64,000 nucleotides of DNA from a virus, in IMG/VR virus record IMGVR_UViG_3300027714_000001, positions 42,180-106,179 of that record; one strand, written 5' to 3'. Every line of letters starts with the position of its first letter. Within the stretch, counting starts at the first letter, position 1. The notes beneath the pieces were generated by a model that saw nothing but the letters and a program-made list of their open reading frames with translations, had not been told where the DNA came from and did not search any database. Positions 57,601 to 64,000 of the stretch are shown in pieces. A program made the translations under genes and the position numbers.

Positions 57601-58350
57601 GGTTTGGCTAACGCAGCAGGCTCTATATATGGTGCAATATCTGATGCTAAAATAGCTGGTATTGATAGAGAAATAGCTGCGGAAAAGAAGCGTGACGGTA
57701 AAAGTGTAGAAAGCTTAGCTAAGATCAAAAAGCTAGAGGCTAAAAAGATCAAAGAAAAAGCTAAGGCAGATAAAGCTGCTATTGCAATATCTACTGCTAC
57801 AGGTGTTATGCAAACGTTTGCTCAGATGGGATTCCCTGCAGGTGTTCCAATGGCAGCAGCCTTAGCAGCTATGGGACTGTACCAAATATCACAGGTAGAT
57901 AAAGCGGCTAACGGATCTATAGGAAATCTTTCTGGAGGCGGAGGTAGTAGCCTTAAGATAGAAAGCGGAAGCAGAGATAACAAAGTTGACGTTTCTAGTG
58001 CTGCAAGTGCTGGAGAGTACGCATTTGTTAAGGGGCAAGCTGGACAAGGCAACGCAGGGTCTTTTAGTACTCCTGGAAGATTAGGTGGTGGTAGTGCGGC
58101 TTCTGGAGCTAGTATTATGGTAGGTGAGCGTGGCCCAGAGGAAATTACTCCTACAATGCCAGTTAACGTTACACCTTCTGGAGGATCTGGAAAGTCTGGT
58201 TCTAGTCTAGTATTTAGTCCTACTTTCAACATAGAAGCTATAGATTCTGCAGGGTTTGAGGCAGTTACTAAAAGGTACAGTGAACAGTTGTTTAATAGTC
58301 TAGAAGGTGAGCTTAACGCGCGCAGTTTAACATTAAACAGTCTTGATTAA
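54685..58350 (+). CDS. tape measure protein (pb2-like)
   Basis: 1221 aa helical; YA.IA.N.F, RVLRGISKQEIELFDELG and KRDGKS.ESLAKIK motifs. Confidence 0.92.
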   Translation: MARRQQIREVIIRSRTEGADASRADLNNVREALEGVNKEIDIFVEKGRVLNTTLTNLATMSGRAATLGTSLTTVGTALKSINSATAGTAVQTAKLDGYITNLEILGSVLRDLSRDAERAEGALDGINASAGMRSLVEILEQIATNTAAIGRRAGRTAAYLTDVELALTRAAEEAEDFNREMLQATRTTSGLAASTEGLTNAQRRLGEGGRGAARSFSQLAFGANPLVSAYASIAVNIFAVTAAFRLLNEAASFDRLQTQLTNFSSEVSGLDVSNLATQLERASTGALSLKESLQFATKGVAFNFTTKQLEDLTKGARKASIALGRDFNDSMDRVLRGISKQEIELFDELGIVTRLTPAFKDYATEVGKTVDELTDYERQLALTIEVQSQLDERFSGIDAGATAFETLAVNTKNATDSLLVFLSQALTPVIEQLNNLSDTTVSLSELASVLETTSTQADIFIKAFEKGNLEEAVTSTGALTGRVEDLNKRLKESKDRASEITIGSTLFSKSLDLVGQTALVVFADLTGLSFLDRDGEIEKTISTITSGSQRVKNELELQAKIEREIIKLNKEKVKQIGHLVDKYSLLPGDVTPELGSSFSSFSDGLDESTKIVDVFITKNTEALGPLTALSKTFSSMENMDSALDPLKTAAILLQSKAFKGLEKSLELGDSIDNLGKLIDKTDELNHILATLGQTEALENVATGRKGEAEEEINNKITRRLDIQSRMNALGNVTSVKDKQKIKDEIEILKAKRDQLVVDNKLKDALLESSTNTTIALQNLALTVSFESEKVELKLYELQLQILLTSLAKKDTTELQAQLTIMESKLAVQKNIEASQLAANQRENDRENLITSKNTNGSAVADAASDRKLLENRKAGLDDIEDAVALDKEKLAIAREEAALKRSEASAPFKDTSSTMGSIGQLDGLDGITKTALGTGQLITDTFASAADAGKEGFSGFAEYLQGNMEAFNDFSIGLANAAGSIYGAISDAKIAGIDREIAAEKKRDGKSVESLAKIKKLEAKKIKEKAKADKAAIAISTATGVMQTFAQMGFPAGVPMAAALAAMGLYQISQVDKAANGSIGNLSGGGGSSLKIESGSRDNKVDVSSAASAGEYAFVKGQAGQGNAGSFSTPGRLGGGSAASGASIMVGERGPEEITPTMPVNVTPSGGSGKSGSSLVFSPTFNIEAIDSAGFEAVTKRYSEQLFNSLEGELNARSLTLNSLD

Positions 58351-58356
58351 ACAATA

Positions 58357-58379
58357 TAAAAGGGCTTAGGCCCTTTTTT
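58357..58379 (+). terminator. rho-independent terminator
   Basis: AAAAGGGC-TTAG-GCCCTTTT followed by a T-run. Confidence 0.8.
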
Positions 58380-58456
58380 ATTGCCTAAATAAAAAATTTA
58401 TCTTGCAACTTCTTAAATATTATTGTATAATATATTCTAAATGGAGGACACTTATT

Positions 58457-59110
58457 ATGGCATACGAAGCATTAACATATTTACCCACTCCCGACACTTT
58501 ACCTAAAGTAGGTCCGGGATTTAGCACACAAGCACTAACGCAAAATACCCCCGGGATGACTCACGAGCTTAACGACGGTAGCTCTATAGGGGTAGAGTTT
58601 AATGGTAGTTTTTGGACTATTAATATATCATACCCAGAATTTACAGAAGAGGAAGCGTTACCCCTAGAAGCTTTCTTTAACACTATAAGAGGAGCATTTA
58701 AAAGTTTTTACGTGTCTCTGCCAAGACGCACTTTTCCTTCTGCGGGGTTGTGGGCTAACAACATACTACAACTATCGGTTTCTGAGACAGATGACTCTAT
58801 ACTCCATATATCTAACTGGGGAGCACAGGCTTCTAGAGGTACTATAAGTATTAATGACTGTCTAAAGATAAATACAGGAAATAAAATATATGTGGTTTCA
58901 GATGTAACTTTAGATGGAGACGTCTTAAAAGTACAACTTAGCAGCCCTATAGTAAATAAAGCAACAGTTCCTGTATCTGCGTTACTAGCAGAAGAGAATA
59001 ATAATATAAAATTTAAAGTTAGATTAACTTCGGGAATGCCAGTGTTTACTTTGACCTCAGAAGGAGTATACAACGGTTTTTCAATTTCCATGAGAGAGAA
59101 TATTAGATGA
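58457..59110 (+). CDS. distal tail protein (pb9-like)
   Basis: LPTP...PGF, W.INISYP and V.LP motifs; GGAGG RBS. Confidence 0.8.
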   Translation: MAYEALTYLPTPDTLPKVGPGFSTQALTQNTPGMTHELNDGSSIGVEFNGSFWTINISYPEFTEEEALPLEAFFNTIRGAFKSFYVSLPRRTFPSAGLWANNILQLSVSETDDSILHISNWGAQASRGTISINDCLKINTGNKIYVVSDVTLDGDVLKVQLSSPIVNKATVPVSALLAEENNNIKFKVRLTSGMPVFTLTSEGVYNGFSISMRENIR

Positions 59111-62100
59111 GCAGAAACCTTAAACCTTCAGCATTAACATACCTAAAAACAACAGACTTTACCAGAATAGCTCATCTGATTAGGCTAGAGCTTTCTGATA
59201 GTGTGGAAGCTTCTAAAGTATACGAATATTTTACAGATTATCAATCAGACGTACTACTAGAAGGTAATACTTATGCAGCAGGAAAAGTATTAAAGGTAGG
59301 AGAAATTAGACAGACTCAAGGGATTACTAACTATAAATTAAGTATAGATATAGCTGGAGAATTTGAGGTAGAATTAAACAGAGGATTAGTGGAAAATACT
59401 AATACTTCTTATATAGGCAAAAGCATACAGGTACTTAGGGCTTACTTAGACTCTGCAGGTAATATAATACCTTTTGACTTAGATACTGAAGGGCCTATGG
59501 AGTACTTTACCGGTGACGTATCAGATATTAACATATCTGAAAGTGTTACTAAGGGCAGCTCTACAGTTACTTGGCAATGTGCGGGTAAATTTCAAGACTT
59601 TGAACTTGTTAACGGTAGAGTTACGGATGATGCCTCTCATAGAGGTTTAGCTGTAAATGCTGATGGAAATTTGGCTCCTTCTGACGCGGCTAAGAAAGAA
59701 TCACACAAAACAGATAAAGGCTTTCAACATGCTAACCAAACAATAAATGTAGTAACCAATTATACTAGCTCAGAAACTAGATACAAAGTTAAATCTAGCT
59801 GGCTAGGTTTTAGAACAAAAACAGTTAAGTATGAAGTACAAGTAGAAAACTCTCTAGAGCTGGGATTAGATTTATCTGCTAAGTTCTTGCCTAAGCTTTA
59901 CGGAGTTCGTAAAACATCGGGAATTCCTGTTTTCTTAGATACTTTAGTATCAGACCCAAGAAGGCTGTATGTAGTTTATGCCTTTTCTGAAGGTGAGATA
60001 GAGTCATTCTTAAACTTTTATATTAACAACTCTCCAATAATATGTTCTTCTGAGTCAGACCAAAATAATTCGGTGTGTTTAGGGAACCAAGCAAACGGAG
60101 ATACCCTATCGGCTTTTTCCGCATTAGAGAGCTCTAGTGCCTACGAAAATCTAATAGAAAATACATTCAATACTGGTAAGTTTGGCGACAGATCCGCAGA
60201 GTACGAGCCTATAATATTACAAATACCTCCAGTAGAAGCAGGAAGAAGCTCTACCGAAGGAACAAGAGATAGAGAAGAATTTAATATTATAAACCAAGAA
60301 CAGGGGGTTGCATGGGTACAAGTGTTTCATGGAAAGACAGACCAAGCAGCTTGCGAAACATTAAAGAACATAGCAGGTGCAGGAAATTTTAGACTACAAC
60401 AAGCTTGGCTAACAGAAAAGTATGGTACAAGAACAAAAACTACAGCAGAAAAACAAGAGTACTGGGATCAGCATTGCAAGCTACTAGATACGTCGTACAT
60501 TGTTATGGAAATAGCTATCACAGAAGATAACAGTGAAATCCCTGAAATAGAAGCTGTAATATCTGGTACTCTAGTAGATACTTATAGTAATACAGATAAC
60601 GGAACTACTCCTGTTCCGGGAACTACTCCTCCAGCATACAAAAGCTTAACTAAGACGGTATCTCTTAATCCCGCGTGGCAAGTGCTGGATTACGTTACTG
60701 ATAGTACTTGTGGGGGTAACCTAGACGTAGATAAACAAGAGTTAAATGTTAATTCATTTATAAAAGTTTCTCAGTCTTTAGATAAAATAAGTACTAGTTA
60801 TGAAGATAGTTTTGTAAATTATTGGAGATACCTAGGATGGAAAACTCCACCAGGAACTAACACAGTACAAATTAATGGGGCAAACCACGACACACAAAAA
60901 ACTGTAATGCAAACTAATGTTATGTTTAGAACAGAATCTGCCGTAACAAAAAATATTAAAAGTTTACTTAGTCAGTTTGATGGAACAATGAATATTCTGG
61001 GAGGAAAATATCATTTGTCTACGGAAAATAACGACGCTCCTATTGCTGATATCTATATTAGTGATGTTAAAGGTAGTGTTGCAACCAAAGATTTATCTAA
61101 TAAAAACAAATGGAACTCTATACAAGCATCTATACAAGACCCTACACAAAATTGGGGCACAACACAAATAAACTTTTTTAATTCAGACTACTTAGAAGAA
61201 GATAACGGCATATCTAAAAAAGGTAATGTAGTATTTAGTTATTTAACAAACTACTACACAGCTCGTGAATGGGCTCAAAGAGAGCTATCCAACAGCAGGT
61301 ATTCCAGAGAAATAAGATTTAGTACCTACCACAAATTTTTAGGTCTTTACCCTAATTGTAATGTAACTTTTACCTATGACAGGTTTGGTTACGACAAAAA
61401 AGTATTTAGAGTAACCTCAACAACTTTACTGGCAGATGGAGGAATGGCAGTAGTTTTAAATGACTTTGACCAAGCTCAGTTTACTGAGGGTTCGGATGAT
61501 AACTTAAGTGAGTACGAACAACCTACTACAGTTCCTAAACCTACCGGAGTCGAGTATGTAGCTCTTCCTTCCACTAGATTTAATACCGTAAAGATTCCTG
61601 GAGTGTACGGCTTATTAGTATGGGATGTAGTACCTGGAAATACCGTTTTACGTTACAAAGTAGCAGACTGGCTACAGTTAGCAGGAGAATCTACTGTCCC
61701 TGTAAGCACTATAATTACAGAAAATAACGGAACTGCTAGACACTTTATAGCAATAACAGGGTTAAGATCCTATCACACTCACCCACTAAAAGTCAGGTCA
61801 TTAAACCAGAAAGGAAATACTAGCCTTTATACTGCGAAATCTCTAACTATTCTACAATTGCCTGACCCCTCGAAGTTTTCCAACGTACAAAACTTTGTGT
61901 CAGACAACGATAACATAGATAACGAATATATAGGAAGTACTATATCGTTTAGTTGGGATGCGCATACTGACGCTAATGTTTTAGCTTATGATATTGAGTT
62001 TAGAGATACATCAAACGACCTAATAGGCATAAAAAATATAACAAGTGGAGAAACATACTCGTACACTCTGCCAATAAATATGGGCGATTACGCTTCTGTA

Positions 62101-62193
62101 AAGGGAGGAGTCGGAGCATATAGAGCAGTTAAGTGTAGGATTAGAGCTACTAATAATAACCTAATTACATCAGAATGGACAGATATAATATGA
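59107..62193 (+). CDS. baseplate hub protein (pb3-like)
   Basis: Y.TDY, VNGR.TDDASHR, D.GF.HAN, L.AK.LP..YGV and YWRY.GW motifs; C-terminal FNIII-like domains. Confidence 0.9.
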   Translation: MSRNLKPSALTYLKTTDFTRIAHLIRLELSDSVEASKVYEYFTDYQSDVLLEGNTYAAGKVLKVGEIRQTQGITNYKLSIDIAGEFEVELNRGLVENTNTSYIGKSIQVLRAYLDSAGNIIPFDLDTEGPMEYFTGDVSDINISESVTKGSSTVTWQCAGKFQDFELVNGRVTDDASHRGLAVNADGNLAPSDAAKKESHKTDKGFQHANQTINVVTNYTSSETRYKVKSSWLGFRTKTVKYEVQVENSLELGLDLSAKFLPKLYGVRKTSGIPVFLDTLVSDPRRLYVVYAFSEGEIESFLNFYINNSPIICSSESDQNNSVCLGNQANGDTLSAFSALESSSAYENLIENTFNTGKFGDRSAEYEPIILQIPPVEAGRSSTEGTRDREEFNIINQEQGVAWVQVFHGKTDQAACETLKNIAGAGNFRLQQAWLTEKYGTRTKTTAEKQEYWDQHCKLLDTSYIVMEIAITEDNSEIPEIEAVISGTLVDTYSNTDNGTTPVPGTTPPAYKSLTKTVSLNPAWQVLDYVTDSTCGGNLDVDKQELNVNSFIKVSQSLDKISTSYEDSFVNYWRYLGWKTPPGTNTVQINGANHDTQKTVMQTNVMFRTESAVTKNIKSLLSQFDGTMNILGGKYHLSTENNDAPIADIYISDVKGSVATKDLSNKNKWNSIQASIQDPTQNWGTTQINFFNSDYLEEDNGISKKGNVVFSYLTNYYTAREWAQRELSNSRYSREIRFSTYHKFLGLYPNCNVTFTYDRFGYDKKVFRVTSTTLLADGGMAVVLNDFDQAQFTEGSDDNLSEYEQPTTVPKPTGVEYVALPSTRFNTVKIPGVYGLLVWDVVPGNTVLRYKVADWLQLAGESTVPVSTIITENNGTARHFIAITGLRSYHTHPLKVRSLNQKGNTSLYTAKSLTILQLPDPSKFSNVQNFVSDNDNIDNEYIGSTISFSWDAHTDANVLAYDIEFRDTSNDLIGIKNITSGETYSYTLPINMGDYASVKGGVGAYRAVKCRIRATNNNLITSEWTDII

Positions 62194-64000
62194 CAAATAA
62201 GATTTTAAATAATGCACAGCCTGCAAAATTAGTTATTCTAGAATACGTTGCAGGATTTGATCGAATAGTTTTTAGACACAACACACCATTGGACGCAGAT
62301 GTGTCCAATGTTATTGCCTGGGTTAAAGAACATGGAACAGACAACTATACTGCTACAGAACAAATGGTAGCATATACTGGGGATAACTTCTTTACCTTAA
62401 CAGGACTTACTGAGGGTACCAGATATAGCGTACGTCTATCTTTTGTAGACCAATTTGTATCTAGCTCTCCTACACTTATATCAGCACAGTACTTAGAAGA
62501 AGAAACAGTATTATCCTTAAGTGATGAAGTTTCTATAACAATATCAGAAGTACCTGTTATAAGTTTCATCTCTGGAGGCCAAGATACTAGTATTATAGGG
62601 TCTATGGTTCCTATGGTGTTTGGTATAGAAAACACTAACCTAATAAGCTCTATTAATATAGAATCTTCTCTAGAAAGTGACCCTACCGTTTGGAGTTCTA
62701 TATATAGAGGGGAAGCTGCTACAGGAATACCTTTAACTATACGTGCAGACTCTTACTTCTTTAGAATTACAGGATACATAGGAAACATTGCATCAAGTGT
62801 AACAGTATTTGATACAGAAACCGCTACTATTATTACAGAAAATCCTGTAGCTAACGCAACCCGTTATTACATAAAGTATCCAGAAGGAGCAGTAATATCC
62901 GCCCCAGGAACTACTCTAAACTTTTACACACATAAAGTAGAAAATGGTGTGGATAGTGTAGTTACTTCAGGCACAAACCCTCAACTATATGTAAATGACT
63001 CTGCTAGAGGTATAGAAACTAGCTTTACTAATTCTACTCTTACTACAGCTTCCAAAGTAGAACTAAGAAATTCTAATGGAGACGTTTTAGATAGTCTTAG
63101 TGCTATTAATCTTACAGTATCTTCTAACGGCAACGACGCTATTGCAGGAACTGTAGATGTAACCGGCACATTAGCTTGGACAAAAGCTGCGAACAATGGG
63201 AATTGGAGCCCTGTAGCTACAACTACCGATTTAACCTTTAGCTTTTATCAGTCGGGTTCTCTACTAGCACAGTCTGACCCTATAACTGTTACTTTAAATC
63301 AGACAGATGGGTCTATTAGTACTTCTCAAAGCACTTATACTAAAGGCTCAGGAGTATCGCAAACTACTGTTACCGTTACAGGAAGAAACTCCCCAAACAT
63401 AACATTTTCCTCAGTACACGTAAATTCTGGAATAAAGGTACATGAAAGAATTATTACTAGTATTGGTGGGGCAAAAGGAGCGGACGGAGCGGACGGTAGA
63501 AGTATAGCTAACGTAACTAAGTCTGGAGAGACCGTAACAATCCAATATGATGATGGTTCTTCTGATGATACGTTCACAGTAGATAATGGAATCGATGCGG
63601 ATCCTTTAGAAGTAGATACGGTTACTAAAGCAGGATTGAACACTACTATAACGTTTACGGATGGTACGCAATTTGTTATAGGGGACGGACAGGCTGGAAG
63701 GGGTATAAATACCGTAAACAGAACTGGAGAAACCGTAACGGTTAGCTTTGACGATGGTTCAGTTGCTCAAACTTTTGAAGTAGCGGACGGAGCGGACGGA
63801 GCGGACGGTAGAAGTATAGCTAACGTAACTAAGTCTGGAGAGACCGTAACAATCCAATATGATGATGGTTCTTCTGATGATACGTTCACAGTAGATAATG
63901 GAATCGATGCGGATCCTTTAGAAGTAGATACGGTTACTAAAGCAGGATTGAACACTACTATAACGTTTACGGATGGTACGCAATTTGTTATAGGGGACGG
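62190..64000 (+). CDS. central fibre protein (pb4-like), runs off the window
   Basis: MTNKILNNAQPAKLV... FNIII-type N-terminus; ATGA overlap with pb3; absent from the ORF track because no stop falls in the window. Confidence 0.75.
   Translation, partial: MTNKILNNAQPAKLVILEYVAGFDRIVFRHNTPLDADVSNVIAWVKEHGTDNYTATEQMVAYTGDNFFTLTGLTEGTRYSVRLSFVDQFVSSSPTLISAQYLEEETVLSLSDEVSITISEVPVISFISGGQDTSIIGSMVPMVFGIENTNLISSINIESSLESDPTVWSSIYRGEAATGIPLTIRADSYFFRITGYIGNIASSVTVFDTETATIITENPVANATRYYIKYPEGAVISAPGTTLNFYTHKVENGVDSVVTSGTNPQLYVNDSARGIETSFTNSTLTTASKVELRNSNGDVLDSLSAINLTVSSNGNDAIAGTVDVTGTLAWTKAANNGNWSPVATTTDLTFSFYQSGSLLAQSDPITVTLNQTDGSISTSQSTYTKGSGVSQTTVTVTGRNSPNITFSSVHVNSGIKVHERIITSIGGAKGADGADGRSIANVTKSGETVTIQYDDGSSDDTFTVDNGIDADPLEVDTVTKAGLNTTITFTDGTQFVIGDGQAGRGINTVNRTGETVTVSFDDGSVAQTFEVADGADGADGRSIANVTKSGETVTIQYDDGSSDDTFTVDNGIDADPLEVDTVTKAGLNTTITFTDGTQFVIGD
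63477..64000 (+). repeat. 312-bp-period intragenic duplication
   Basis: About 210 bp identical between ~63477-63688 and ~63789-64000. Confidence 0.9.

Noticed and set aside
44346-63955. Minus-strand ORFs inside structural genes
   Set aside because: Antisense shadows of well-supported + strand genes
1-64000. Genome-wide TAG reassignment
   Set aside because: Conserved genes are full length under the standard code and TAG ends genes such as terL at the expected position

Overview
AT-rich segment of a lytic T5-like siphovirus (Demerecviridae-type architecture), read across the genome junction; the host is inferred to be a gammaproteobacterium. (1) 0.7-17 kb: a tRNA/ncRNA region with 23 conventional tRNAs, an amber (CUA) suppressor-type tRNA, two atypical tRNA-like genes, a GOLLD-like giant RNA carrying an embedded tRNA-Lys(CUU) mimic, several promoter-driven ORF-less RNAs closed by 12-25 bp terminal helices, and two decayed HNH genes. 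(2) 17-33.5 kb: early genes, including holin/spanins, ClpP, an M15 peptidase, a Prs+NAMPT (NARP1-type) NAD module, dUTPase and many small ORFs. (3) ~34-44 kb: the inferred terminal-repeat/pre-early region, bracketed by two tandem arrays that share an inverted 14-bp motif. It encodes two A2/D3-like proteins, a DEDDh exonuclease and a HAD phosphatase but no recognisable A1. Its spacers are dense in host-protein sites: a complete sigma54 + IHF + NtrC-like enhancer promoter, a DnaA-box cluster, Chi, Fur-like and FadR-like boxes. (4) 44.3-64 kb: T5-syntenic morphogenesis genes from terminase to a pb4-like fibre, with a protease-capsid fusion. The two best candidates for an undescribed system are the host-regulator-site array/nitrogen-responsive sigma54 promoter in the first-injected DNA and the ncRNA/tRNA-mimic island around GOLLD. 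All family calls come from motif recognition and synteny; no database searches were run.
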